In this document: positions 1 through 9,012 of the stretch, in pieces
How positions within the stretch are numbered: the first letter of the stretch is position 1
Layout: each line of letters starts with the position of its first letter
From: a virus
Taxonomy: Duplodnaviria; Caudoviricetes
Reading direction: 5' to 3' (one strand)
IMG/VR virus record: IMGVR_UViG_3300037484_000032
Span: 1 to 51,095 of that record
Length of the DNA stretch: 51,095 nucleotides
Made by a program: the position numbers and the translations under genes
Notes under the pieces: generated by a model
Told to the model about the DNA's origin: nothing
Database searches by the model: none
What the model saw: the letters and a program-made list of their open reading frames with translations, nothing else

Positions 1-127
1 TGGTACTTACCGGCATGTGTAAAAGCAAAACCACGCTTGGTATAATGGTTGCCACCGCAATTAGGACAAACGAGACCACCTTCAGTATAAAGACCGTGGT
101 TTGCATGATTTTTAATCCAAGGTTTGA
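1..127. repeat. Exact 127-bp direct repeat of 49942-50068 (probable assembly k-mer / circularisation node)
   Basis: Base-by-base identity from tggtacttacc to aaggtttga; first mismatch is c128 vs g50069. Confidence 0.95.
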
Positions 128-653
128 CTACGTTATAGACAGCTTCCAGAAGGATAACGTCTTGCACATTGTACTCTTCCATCTTAGTCCACGAATCTAG
201 ATCACCTTGCATACAGCCAACCCACAGGGCAAAGTTAGTGTCCTTCTTCTGACCAAGGCCTAGTTGCTGTGCAACATAGTCTAGTTTATTACTAGCAAAC
301 TTGAACTGTTTACGAACAGTTAGGTAAAGGTCAACCTGTTTAGCGGGGGATGGTGGGGCAAAGCCATGTGTCAGAAACTCACGATTCAGCACCGGAATAT
401 CAAATCTGTTTCCGTTGTAGTGAATAATGGCATCTGCTTCATCCATAAGTGTATGAATGCCTTCTAGCATATGCTTAGGCAAAGACTTCTGGCAGCTATC
501 AAAGAAGATTTGTTCTTCACCAAGCCACTTAGCAGAGTAGCAGAGCAGATAGCTACTATCTATGATTTGCTTAATAGCAATGTTTTGATCCCAAAGCCCC
601 CATACGTATGCCGTGTTGGGACTTGTTTCACAATCCAACAATAAGATTTTGAT
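1..653 (-). CDS. DEDD (DnaQ/RNase H-like) 3'-5' exonuclease with C-terminal Zn ribbon, allele A (runs off window start; non-ATG start)
   Basis: Manual translation: (I/M)KILLLDCETSPNTAYVWG...IIHYNGNRFDIP...YNVQDV...CPNCGG. Collinear with 49860-50594. First codon is ATC (653) or ATT (656) after SD GAGGAG. Confidence 0.85.
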   Translation of the reverse strand, partial: MKILLLDCETSPNTAYVWGLWDQNIAIKQIIDSSYLLCYSAKWLGEEQIFFDSCQKSLPKHMLEGIHTLMDEADAIIHYNGNRFDIPVLNREFLTHGFAPPSPAKQVDLYLTVRKQFKFASNKLDYVAQQLGLGQKKDTNFALWVGCMQGDLDSWTKMEEYNVQDVILLEAVYNVVKPWIKNHANHGLYTEGGLVCPNCGGNHYTKRGFAFTHAGKY

Positions 654-657
654 AATA

Positions 658-1125
658 TTACTCCTCAATATATAATGCTAGTCTACGTAAAAGTTCTGGA
701 CTCTCTTTCATTTTGCCTATTGAAACATTACAGGCTTGACAAAGAAGACCCCGTACTTTACCAGTCTTATGATTATGGTCTACATGAAGACGCTGATGCT
801 TAGGAGCATCAAAGCAGACAGCACATTGGTTGTTTTGTGTGGCTAACATAGAGTTATATTCTTCTATAGTTATACCATACTTCTTTTTTAGCGTAGCGTT
901 TCTTATACCAAGTTTATACTTCTCTGGATTAAGCTCTCTGTATTTCTTAGACCTCTCTAATTGACGATTTCTTGCTTCAGAATCTCTGGCATGTAGATTC
1001 TTTTGATACGTCTTGTGACAAGCTACACAGATAGAATGTATTCCATCTTTCTTACTCTTGTCTGGGTAGAACTCCCCTGTGTGCCCACAACGAGTACACA
1101 CCCTATCTAAGAGGAGAATTTTCAT
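658..1125 (-). CDS. Free-standing homing endonuclease, endonuclease VII (His-Me) family with N-terminal Zn finger
   Basis: CTRC..CVAC, LKKKYGITIEEY, CAVC, LHVDHNHKTGKVRGLLCQACN motifs. Confidence 0.9.
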   Translation of the reverse strand: MKILLLDRVCTRCGHTGEFYPDKSKKDGIHSICVACHKTYQKNLHARDSEARNRQLERSKKYRELNPEKYKLGIRNATLKKKYGITIEEYNSMLATQNNQCAVCFDAPKHQRLHVDHNHKTGKVRGLLCQACNVSIGKMKESPELLRRLALYIEE

Positions 1126-1127
1126 CT

Positions 1128-1406
1128 TTAAATAGGTTCCTGTTTGTGCTGTTCACAACCCTTATACTGATATACCTCTAAACTAGCAGCAAGTCTAAGT
1201 GCCATGGCAGCAGTTTGAATTGCTTCCATCCTAACTTCATCAACAGAAGTTTTGTGGGGTTCATAGGTAAGTTGTAGCATAGCCTTATTCAATTCACCAT
1301 ACTCCTCACCAAGAACAGCTAAAGCGTGTAAGGGATCAGTAGGCCAAGTAGGAAATTTGTTTGTTGCTTTTTGTACTTCTTGCAAAACTTCTTGAATCAC
1401 AGTCAT
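1128..1406 (-). CDS. MazG-like all-alpha NTP pyrophosphatase
   Basis: LGEEYGELNKA...MEAIQTAAMA acidic helical motif; ATGA overlap with the upstream gene. Confidence 0.65.
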   Translation of the reverse strand: MTVIQEVLQEVQKATNKFPTWPTDPLHALAVLGEEYGELNKAMLQLTYEPHKTSVDEVRMEAIQTAAMALRLAASLEVYQYKGCEQHKQEPI

Positions 1407-1810
1407 TTGAACCACCTTTCTATTTTTCGTTTATCTCTCCAGTCAGCCCATTCTATGTGGTTCTTTTCGCACCATTCAGCATAAGTTGTCTTGGAGATTT
1501 TACTAAGTCGTACTTGGGAGTTTTGGAAGATCATACGGATTGGTAGATCAGGATTAGAATTTCGTATAAGAAGCATCTTCTTCCGGTCTACTGCGGTGAA
1601 CCTCCCTTTGGATTCATATAGCACCCCATTGATTAGCCAGTCTGGGGTATAAGTTTTAGTTGTTTCTGGTACTACGTACTTAATTCGCTCTTTCTCATAC
1701 TCAAAGTCAACCTTTAGAGCAGTAAGATACTTTGCAATATCGTATTCGAAGTTACTTCTGTACCCCTTGGATAGGGCCTCCTTACGTGCCTGTCGTTTGC
1801 TTATTCGCAT
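1403..1810 (-). CDS. T7 gp3-like endonuclease I (Holliday junction resolvase), allele A
   Basis: GYRSNFE, YTPDW, YESKGRF, DRKKM, IRMIF, YAEWCEK motifs. Confidence 0.9.
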   Translation of the reverse strand: MRISKRQARKEALSKGYRSNFEYDIAKYLTALKVDFEYEKERIKYVVPETTKTYTPDWLINGVLYESKGRFTAVDRKKMLLIRNSNPDLPIRMIFQNSQVRLSKISKTTYAEWCEKNHIEWADWRDKRKIERWFK

Positions 1811-2528
1811 ATCGTTCTGAGAAGGTCTCTCCATATTTGCGCCAAATCCACAGGCAATCTACATTCATCCAGAACCGCTCATCTGCCTTCATATCACCAT
1901 CGTCTGTATCACTCAAATCATACAGATTAGTGACTACTTTGAACATTTCCTCTTCTGATTCGAGGTGGTCAATGAGTTTCGAGGCTTTAACAGGCCCAAT
2001 TCCACGAATACCGATAATGTTATCACTTGTGTCGCCAATAAGCATCTGGCGATAAAACGCTTTAATCCCATCCATTTCTGTGACATAGAATCTCTCTTTC
2101 TTAATGAAATTGTAATGCTCTCCAGGAATCATATTCAAATCTTTGTCATTTGAACACAGGATAGTACTATCTGTTTGTGCCATGCCAACAGCGTCATCTG
2201 CTTCGTAGCCTTCTGTGACTTTTGCACCCCATTCGGTTACGAGATACTCTCGGCAGGCTTGTAGATACTGTGGACGATATGTAGGACGTGTTGCTTTGTA
2301 CTGGGGATTAATCGCATATCGAAAATTATCTCCTCCAGAAAGATATGCTTGATACTCAGGAACTGCTAGTTCATGAAGACAATCCCGCATCATCTTGTCA
2401 ACACGGGCAAAGGCAATACCAAGGGGTTCAGTTACTACATACTCTCCAGTGATCTTATCCTTTGCCTCACAAGACGCGGCATTGCGATAAGTTACAATGT
2501 CCGCGTCAATATTGGCAATAGTTATCAC
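1782..2528 (-). CDS. 5'-3' exonuclease (T7 gp6 / FEN-like)
   Basis: IDAD, NFR..YKATR, EADD, DKDL, GDTSDNIIGIRGIGPVKA (H3TH). Confidence 0.92.
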   Translation of the reverse strand: MITIANIDADIVTYRNAASCEAKDKITGEYVVTEPLGIAFARVDKMMRDCLHELAVPEYQAYLSGGDNFRYAINPQYKATRPTYRPQYLQACREYLVTEWGAKVTEGYEADDAVGMAQTDSTILCSNDKDLNMIPGEHYNFIKKERFYVTEMDGIKAFYRQMLIGDTSDNIIGIRGIGPVKASKLIDHLESEEEMFKVVTNLYDLSDTDDGDMKADERFWMNVDCLWIWRKYGETFSERYANKQTTGT

Positions 2529-2803
2529 AGAATTCCCTTATCCGATTCTTCGTAAGCCTCTTCCCTAGTCTTCTGAGAAGGCCAATGAATAGGAATCTCC
2601 ACAATTTCTACATCTACAGGTTTAGGAGACATATAAAGAAGATGCTGATTATCCAAAAAATACTGGAGTTTATGGAAAGGATATACACTAGCCATCCAAT
2701 TAGCAAATTTCTTTAATTCTTTTAATTCATATTCCGCCTTTCGGCGCTTATGAATCTCCAGATTTGCTTCTTGATGAGAAAGCATTACATCTTCTGTATT
2801 CAT
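2525..2803 (-). CDS. Hypothetical protein
   Basis: ORF tightly coupled to both neighbours. Confidence 0.6.
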   Translation of the reverse strand: MNTEDVMLSHQEANLEIHKRRKAEYELKELKKFANWMASVYPFHKLQYFLDNQHLLYMSPKPVDVEIVEIPIHWPSQKTREEAYEESDKGIL

Positions 2804-3045
2804 TTAATTGGCCTTCCTGTAATGAGAATACCATCTTCCTGAAAGTTCATCACATATTCCCAATCAGGATAGGAGACTGCCTTCTCTTTTAGGTATTCCT
2901 CAGCTTTTTGGGAGGCATCTGCTCCCTTGAAAAGAATCTCTGTCCATTCGGGTTTCCCAAAAATAAGATCAAAGTTCTTTTTACCCTCTTCGGTATAGCC
3001 TTTGCTGACCAACCGTGCTCCTGTATGGGGGTTGGTATTAGTCAT
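2800..3045 (-). CDS. Hypothetical protein
   Basis: ORF tightly coupled to both neighbours. Confidence 0.65.
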   Translation of the reverse strand: MTNTNPHTGARLVSKGYTEEGKKNFDLIFGKPEWTEILFKGADASQKAEEYLKEKAVSYPDWEYVMNFQEDGILITGRPIK

Positions 3046-3581
3046 TAGAGTACCTGATCTGCGTCGTCTTTAAAGTCCAAAGGATTAGCAGCTACCTTCT
3101 TTTCTTCAAAGACATATTTTTCATATTGACGAGCAACATCCACAACATCATCGACTGTAAACTCAGAACCATTGATAATATGCAGTGTATCAATAGCTCG
3201 TTCAATACCTGTTTGACGAACAATACACAGTTGCTTAAATGCCCGTTCTTCAGGTGTTTCATACGTGTTCTTAGGTGCAGGATTTGTAGCAGCTTTACCG
3301 GCAGGTGTTGCAACAGGTTGAGCAGCAGCATGTGCTGCATCCAACTTAGCTACTTTAACCCATTGCCAATAACCCTTGGCATCTTTCTCTGAGGTCACAT
3401 CAAGTACATCACCATTGACTGCTGCTTTAACAACAGCAAATGCTTCAGGTGCATTGAAAGACACCAGATTCTTACCTGCTACTTTACCTTCATGGTCTTT
3501 ATAAGCAACTTCAGCTTTGTCATAACCACCATTCTTGCCTGGAACATGTTCAATTGAAACGGACAAAATTGTAATTTGCAT
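3045..3581 (-). CDS. Putative single-stranded DNA-binding / replication accessory protein
   Basis: Beta-rich N-terminal half, Ala/Pro linker, acidic tail, strong SD (AAAGGA), position in the replication module; function inferred. Confidence 0.45.
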   Translation of the reverse strand: MQITILSVSIEHVPGKNGGYDKAEVAYKDHEGKVAGKNLVSFNAPEAFAVVKAAVNGDVLDVTSEKDAKGYWQWVKVAKLDAAHAAAQPVATPAGKAATNPAPKNTYETPEERAFKQLCIVRQTGIERAIDTLHIINGSEFTVDDVVDVARQYEKYVFEEKKVAANPLDFKDDADQVL

Positions 3582-3603
3582 CTAGTTATTTCCTTTCTTT
3601 GAT

Positions 3604-3679
3604 TGGAGCGGACTACGAGACTCGAACTCGTGACATTCTGTTTGGAAGACAGATGCTCTACCAACTGAGCTAAGTCCGC
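3604..3679 (-). tRNA. tRNA-Gly (anticodon TCC), CCA encoded
   Basis: Cloverleaf: GCGGACT/AGTCCGC acceptor stem, D-arm GCTC..GAGC, anticodon loop CTTCCAA, TTCGA T-loop, U73 discriminator. Confidence 0.95.
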
Positions 3680-3697
3680 ATTTACTACTATACATAT

Positions 3698-3726
3698 ATT
3701 ATACTGCTATTTTTAGCTTATGTCAA
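3698..3726 (-). promoter_or_regulatory. Consensus sigma70 promoter for tRNA-Gly and downstream genes
   Basis: TTGACA-N17-TATAAT. Confidence 0.85.
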
Positions 3727-3740
3727 GCTAAATTTCATCA

Positions 3741-3836
3741 TTATTGTGGACAAGTTTGGTATCTATTCTTTTTGTCTGAACAAAGCCAAAAGGAAGTTAG
3801 AGGCTTTATTTCTCCACATACTTTACACTGCCTCAT
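3741..3836 (-). pseudogene. 31-codon ORF resembling the Zn-finger N-terminus of a homing endonuclease (remnant)
   Basis: MRQCKVCGEIKPLTSF...YQTCPQ followed by three consecutive stop codons (TAA TGA TGA). Confidence 0.45.
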
Positions 3837-4539
3837 ACTTAACCTCCTCTATATCAGACATATTTCTACCTACCGCACACTCGCATCTTAAAGGTAAGTC
3901 AAAGGGTTGTTTAAAGACTCGCTCAAAATTCTTGGGCAAATCTCTAAATACTTCGTGGAACAAACGAACTACACGATCTACTTCATAGTCCGGCACATCC
4001 ACAACAATGGAGTCATGGACTGTGTTTACGAGAGAACCCACAATACCAAGAGCATGGAAACGACGGGCGAAAGATACACGAGCAATAGCCATAAGATCAG
4101 CCGCAAATCCTTGGACGATATAGTTCTTGATTGTAGTCTCGGGCCAATCACCCTTCCAATTTCTCTCATATTCGTAAGTCCTTCCAGTATATGGATTAAC
4201 AATACGTCCTGTTGTGGACGCTTCTTGCATCAATGCTATCCACCATCTATCCCATCCTGTGTACTTATCATGAAACTTATCAATGGCATTCTGCCAGTAT
4301 TTCTGAGAAGTACTCACATGAGTGAAGTCTGGGTCAGAAGCATAGGAGAAACATGTACCACCATAGATAAGCCGGAACAAGAATGTCTTAGCTACTAATC
4401 GTGTTGGTAGTCCAAATGCTTCTACGTTTGCTGAGTGGATGTCATAGTTTGCAATTAGTTCTTTGTATGCTACAGGACACTTTGCTAGAAATGTGCCTGC
4501 ATACCATTCAATTGCTTTACCGTCGCAGTTTACAATCAT
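3823..4539 (-). CDS. DNA polymerase family A, C-terminal (palm/fingers) subunit
   Basis: Motif A CDGKAIE, motif B RLVAKTFLFRLIYG, NYIVQGFAAD, motif C TVHDSI. Confidence 0.92.
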   Translation of the reverse strand: MIVNCDGKAIEWYAGTFLAKCPVAYKELIANYDIHSANVEAFGLPTRLVAKTFLFRLIYGGTCFSYASDPDFTHVSTSQKYWQNAIDKFHDKYTGWDRWWIALMQEASTTGRIVNPYTGRTYEYERNWKGDWPETTIKNYIVQGFAADLMAIARVSFARRFHALGIVGSLVNTVHDSIVVDVPDYEVDRVVRLFHEVFRDLPKNFERVFKQPFDLPLRCECAVGRNMSDIEEVKYEAV

Positions 4540-4664
4540 TCATTATCTTTTATTTCAAAATAAACTATTCTTTTACATTCATGATACCAAGTGGGTTGCT
4601 CGAAATATATTTCCCACTCTTTATCTTCTTCATATCTCTTTACCAACCAAGCTAATTTAGGCAT
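4536..4664 (-). CDS. 42-aa ORF between the two polymerase halves
   Basis: MPKLAWLVKRYEEDKEWEIYFEQPTWYHECKRIVYFEIKDNE; overlaps the upstream stop and has an ATGA overlap with the downstream start. Confidence 0.55.
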   Translation of the reverse strand: MPKLAWLVKRYEEDKEWEIYFEQPTWYHECKRIVYFEIKDNE

Positions 4665-5817
4665 ATCTACTTACACAAAAAGTTTTTGCAATTGGTGGAA
4701 AATTTTGCATGTTAGGTTTGCTAGAAGATAGACGACCAGTAATAGCAATACACTGGTTCAGTTGTCCATGCAAAACTTCGTTGTCCCATTCCATTGTTTT
4801 AATAAGTTGTGGGAGTCCGGTAAGATAAGTACCCCGAAGTTTCTCAAGTTCAGAATACTTAGAGACAAGAGTCATAATTTTCCTTGACTCTTTTGTGTGT
4901 TTTAGAGAACGTAGAACATCATCATTCGTAAACCACACGGGAGGAGAACCTATTGGTTTCTTTGCTTCAGTTTTTGCCAGTGGTTCTACTAGGCGAGGCA
5001 TTGTGTATTTCTTCTCAATTATCTTGTAACGTGTCTCCCCAATTTTCTTTCCTGTTTTAAATACTCCCACAGGAATATGGGACTCCACAACAATATCCCC
5101 ACCGTAAAAAATAGCAGAAAGGTGGTCCCCAGAATTAAGATTAAAAGGCACGTTGCCAAGAATAGATACCATTTCTTTATAGAGTGCATCTTGTTCTTTT
5201 TGTATCCCTTCCGCCATTTTAAGGGCATTCTCTACATCAAACAAGATTCCATTGTACTCCATTTCTTCCAGAACAATGAGGTCTTGACAATGTAATTTAA
5301 AAAGATTATATTTACTTGCATGTTCTTTTTCAAATAAACCCCTCTGCTTTAAATAAAGTTGCTCCGTTAGATATAAATCCTGTTCTAGGTACTCTGATAG
5401 GATTTGTTGTGGGATGTCATTTGTATCTATTCCTTTGTCCCAAAAATCATTTTTAATTACATCTATTTTATGACCTAGATTATACCTAACCGAAGCATCT
5501 TCCAGAGAAGGAAACTTTAGTTTTTGATTAGAAAGAACAAACTCCCCTAGTTGTGTACACCAAACCTTTATGGTTGAAAAATCTACCCCTATTTTTTTAA
5601 TCCAATGTAGATCAAACTTTGCATTATGTGCTATAAATAAACAACTAGAAAGAATACTCTGTATTTGCTTTATATCCTCCTTGGTTGGGTAGTAGAATAG
5701 AAACACTTCTTTACTATCTATATCACGAATACCTACAACAACTAATGTATTCCTTCTATCAAAAGGGTTTCCTTTATTAGATGTTGTGCATTCGATGTCG
5801 CAGACTACTCTACGCAT
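4657..5817 (-). CDS. DNA polymerase family A, N-terminal subunit (3'-5' exonuclease + thumb)
   Basis: ExoI CDIECT, ExoII AHNAKFDL, ExoIII YLEQD, TGRLSSSKPNMQN at the C-terminus. Confidence 0.92.
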   Translation of the reverse strand: MRRVVCDIECTTSNKGNPFDRRNTLVVVGIRDIDSKEVFLFYYPTKEDIKQIQSILSSCLFIAHNAKFDLHWIKKIGVDFSTIKVWCTQLGEFVLSNQKLKFPSLEDASVRYNLGHKIDVIKNDFWDKGIDTNDIPQQILSEYLEQDLYLTEQLYLKQRGLFEKEHASKYNLFKLHCQDLIVLEEMEYNGILFDVENALKMAEGIQKEQDALYKEMVSILGNVPFNLNSGDHLSAIFYGGDIVVESHIPVGVFKTGKKIGETRYKIIEKKYTMPRLVEPLAKTEAKKPIGSPPVWFTNDDVLRSLKHTKESRKIMTLVSKYSELEKLRGTYLTGLPQLIKTMEWDNEVLHGQLNQCIAITGRLSSSKPNMQNFPPIAKTFCVSRYA

Positions 5818-6013
5818 ACTTAGATAGATACCCCTCTATGTCATTATACTCAAGACATGGAATTACTTCTGTATTAACCTCAATATGAACAACATGACTT
5901 CCTGCATAACAAACAGAGTATGCACCATCAATATGATCGAACTTGATAGGCATCCTATTTGCTTCATCTGCAAAATTAAACATTATTCCTTTTTCTAGTT
6001 CATAGAGTTTCAT
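5810..6013 (-). CDS. Hypothetical protein
   Basis: ORF overlapping the polymerase start. Confidence 0.6.
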   Translation of the reverse strand: MKLYELEKGIMFNFADEANRMPIKFDHIDGAYSVCYAGSHVVHIEVNTEVIPCLEYNDIEGYLSKYA

Positions 6014-6191
6014 CGAATATTCTTCTTTCCTTCAATAACAATAAAGTTTATACACTTAATAGACGGGTCTGTTGGATGTGGTTCTTTCAAATCTGCCCAA
6101 GGTTGTCTATATTCATGTGGGATTTTACGAAATCTATAACAATTATTCTTTTGCCTACATTCTTTCAATGTATGACACATACATGTTGTTA

Positions 6192-8351
6192 TTAATTAAT
6201 ATCCTTATATCGTGCAATATCAGGTTGTATGAGCACCTGCATTTTCCCGTGTCGCATCTCTGGAATAGAATCTTCATCGCCTGTCAATTTATTTTTCGAG
6301 ATATGTAAATACCTCATGTACTTCAATCCTTCATCGTGTACTGCACCAATACCCAGAATCCAATCTGCTTCCGCCTGTTTACTTGTATTATGAGTAACGA
6401 TATTTCCTTCAATAATAAACTTATGGTCCCCATCAATCATAATACCTGCATAGTCACCTACTCCCAAAGGGTGCACTTCCAGTCTTGATTTTAATACATT
6501 TTTGTACCCGACATAAGTAGACTTTTTACGTTCTATCCTACATGGAATAGCAGACAAGTCATTTCCTGAAATAGAAGTGTAGTAGTACTTTCCTCTTTGT
6601 TTAAAAGAAGCCATAAGACCACAGGAAAGAGCAAGTTCTTTTAGACCAAGAGCGAGAAGATAATTGGCATTGCTAAAAACATAATACTCATGTTTACGGA
6701 CTACCTTAGTTCCATCAGTATCTAAGAGCCCTGCAATAAGGGCCAGACGTTGTTTAATACTTCCTTTAAAGTATTGTCTTGGTATATGCTTATTTTCAAA
6801 TAAATCCAAGTCTTTAAGTTTATTTAAGAACGGATGCTTTACTCCTTGTCTATACTTCATTCTAGCATGGATAATATGTCCTTTCTCTAGATACTGAGTG
6901 TAGGAGCAGTTCCACTTAGGACACTCTTCTTTTACAGCTTGAACAACCTCTGGGTCAATTGTTGTAATTTCTGCCTTACTCTTACCTCCATCCCCTAACC
7001 AAAGACCCAAAAAGTAAGGATCAATAGGAAGAGATTGTTCAGCCAATTCATGCCCTACTCGATACCCAAAGTCAGAGGCACAATAAGCTGTCACTGGTCT
7101 ATTCACATACTTACCCGCCCCAGTAATAAGAGATAGGATATGTGATTTATTCACTACATAGGTGTCTCCTCCTATCTTGTGGGTAATAGCAAACATTTCC
7201 TCCTGTCCTTGTGCTGTGGCAAGAACTTGTCGAGGGGTAGAGTCTACTCCCATAACCTGTTCTCCAACTTCAATGTTTTCCACTCGTTTCCAAGTACCAT
7301 CATACATAAGTACCTTAGTTGCGGGAGCAAGGCATTTTGCATTCGCTACGTTGTCCATCGTTAGCCATTTCTTGTTCTCACCTGTAACATCTGCCTGACA
7401 AACACCAATCACAGGACAGTACTTCTTAGCCAGTTCCCTAGCCCAGATGTAGATAGCTCCGAGTCTCAAATCTTCCCTATCGTTATCAAAACCTTTAATC
7501 TTGTCAATCTGGTCAAAGATAATCAGGGATGGTTTCAGTTCCTTGCAGAGTCTCTCAATCTCACGCCGATTAATTGTGGCACTGTCTTTGAGTTTAATCT
7601 TGCCATGTGTCTTTTTGATAAATTCCTCATAGCTACGCTTTCGGTCTTCAAACAATCGGTTGTTGGTACAACCAAGACTGGCCTGCATGATACGAACTTT
7701 AACCTTGAGACCACCTTCTTCATTATTGAACCAAAGAATGGGGCCATCCTCTTCCTTGAGTTGCAATGCCATGTAAGTAGCTTCTTCCGCAAGAAAGGTT
7801 GTCTTACCTGTTTCTGGCCTAGCAAATAGGAAACCAAAATCTCCTTTGCGGAGACTCCCTAACGACTGATTCAGAGCCTTCAATCTCCATCGTAATCCAG
7901 GCTTGTGTTTGGTTTCCATGTAGAGTTCTTCAATATCATCAGTGACGAACTCTTCTTGATTCTCTGTGACCGACTCATCCTCAAATTTAGGAAAGAAGTT
8001 AATCAGGTCTAGGAGGGGTTTACGGCCTTCGGATACATCAATTGACAGGAGAGCACAGTCGTGTGCTAAAGAACGCTCTATGGCCTGTTTTACTAGGTCA
8101 GCGAGCATATCTTCACCAATATCTGCTGCGGTGATTTGCTCCAATAGTTCTGTGTGTTCTGGGTGTGCTGTGAGGACTGCAAGACGAAACTCAGGAAAAG
8201 AAAGGTCACGGTTATACTTCCCGTGGAGAGAGTCCAGCACTCCATAGAGTGCAATCAATTCTTTGTCCTCTTTCCTAAGCTTGATAGACTCTCTGTATTT
8301 GGTGTAGTTCTTTACAGAGAGAAGAAATTTAAGAATTATTAGTTCAATCAT
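6192..8351 (-). CDS. DnaB/T7 gp4-like replicative helicase, intein-containing (~403 aa after splicing)
   Basis: Walker A ARPETGKT, NNEE, IIFDQIDK, GVCQA, KQAEAD, SKNK. Confidence 0.92.
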   Translation of the reverse strand: MIELIILKFLLSVKNYTKYRESIKLRKEDKELIALYGVLDSLHGKYNRDLSFPEFRLAVLTAHPEHTELLEQITAADIGEDMLADLVKQAIERSLAHDCALLSIDVSEGRKPLLDLINFFPKFEDESVTENQEEFVTDDIEELYMETKHKPGLRWRLKALNQSLGSLRKGDFGFLFARPETGKTTFLAEEATYMALQLKEEDGPILWFNNEEGGLKVKVRIMQASLGCTNNRLFEDRKRSYEEFIKKTHGKIKLKDSATINRREIERLCKELKPSLIIFDQIDKIKGFDNDREDLRLGAIYIWARELAKKYCPVIGVCQADVTGENKKWLTMDNVANAKCLAPATKVLMYDGTWKRVENIEVGEQVMGVDSTPRQVLATAQGQEEMFAITHKIGGDTYVVNKSHILSLITGAGKYVNRPVTAYCASDFGYRVGHELAEQSLPIDPYFLGLWLGDGGKSKAEITTIDPEVVQAVKEECPKWNCSYTQYLEKGHIIHARMKYRQGVKHPFLNKLKDLDLFENKHIPRQYFKGSIKQRLALIAGLLDTDGTKVVRKHEYYVFSNANYLLALGLKELALSCGLMASFKQRGKYYYTSISGNDLSAIPCRIERKKSTYVGYKNVLKSRLEVHPLGVGDYAGIMIDGDHKFIIEGNIVTHNTSKQAEADWILGIGAVHDEGLKYMRYLHISKNKLTGDEDSIPEMRHGKMQVLIQPDIARYKDIN
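6387..7334 (-). mobile_element. Intein (316 aa) with LAGLIDADG homing endonuclease
   Basis: Starts CLAPATKVLMYDG, block B VNKSH, LGLWLGDG and IAGLLDTDG, ends IVTHN followed by +1 Thr. Confidence 0.95.
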
Positions 8352-8471
8352 TTATTCCTTTCATTAATTAAAAGGACTCTGTAAGAGTCCTATTTATTAA
8401 TTAATTAAATTAGTATTTCTTATTATATTTGTGTATTAATTAATTAATTTAAATTATTATAGCAGGTATTC

Positions 8472-8499
8472 ATTATACCTGCAAGTCTTTTTTTGTCAA
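8472..8499 (-). promoter_or_regulatory. sigma70 promoter for helicase, overlapping the HNH gene stop
   Basis: TTGACA-N16-TATAAT; the -10 lies inside the inverted repeat gcaggtat/atacctgc. Confidence 0.65.
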
Positions 8500-8988
8500 G
8501 CGCAACATGTACTCTGCAAGAAGTAGAAGTTCCTCTGGTGTACTATCATTTTTGATTCTATTGGCTCTCCAAGAAATAACTTGAATATTGTCTTTAGTGT
8601 AACCTTTGGTTGAATCAATCCTGTCAAGCGAAGGGCTGTCATCAGTCCTAGACCAGCCTCCTTCCATCCCATTTCCATTATAATTCAATTTGATATTAAA
8701 TATTGGGCAGAAATCAGGAAGCAACATACTATCCAAAAGGATAAGTCTTTCCTCTTTAGGAATTTTTTTTGTTGCAAGAATTCGATTAAGCCAATAATAT
8801 TTTGGCTCTTTATCTTTCAAGAAGTTTTTACACTTCCGTTGCCCTGTAGCAATACCAAATTTTGTTAGTACTTGATACATTCTTTGCTTAGTTACACCAT
8901 AACTTTTACCTATTTGTTCCAATGTGTTACCTTCTTTCAATAGAGTTTGCACTCTATCTAATTCATTTTCCCATAGTGTTTTTCTCAT
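8473..8988 (-). CDS. HNH-type endonuclease with N-terminal HTH (putative homing endonuclease)
   Basis: TLEQIGKSYGVTKQRMYQ HTH; CPIF..SPSLDRIDSTKGYTKDNIQVISWRANRIKN. Confidence 0.8.
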   Translation of the reverse strand: MRKTLWENELDRVQTLLKEGNTLEQIGKSYGVTKQRMYQVLTKFGIATGQRKCKNFLKDKEPKYYWLNRILATKKIPKEERLILLDSMLLPDFCPIFNIKLNYNGNGMEGGWSRTDDSPSLDRIDSTKGYTKDNIQVISWRANRIKNDSTPEELLLLAEYMLRLTKKDLQV

Positions 8989-9012
8989 TTATTACCTCCA
9001 CGTTATAACAAC

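Noticed and set aside
1-127. 127-bp repeat as a biological direct terminal repeat or att site
   Set aside because: It lies inside a coding sequence, the second copy is not at the contig end, its length equals a typical assembler k-mer, and no integrase is present
4540-4656. Group I intron in the polymerase
   Set aside because: Only 117 bp, AT-rich, with no recognisable core helices; the gap is explained by a coupled mini-ORF
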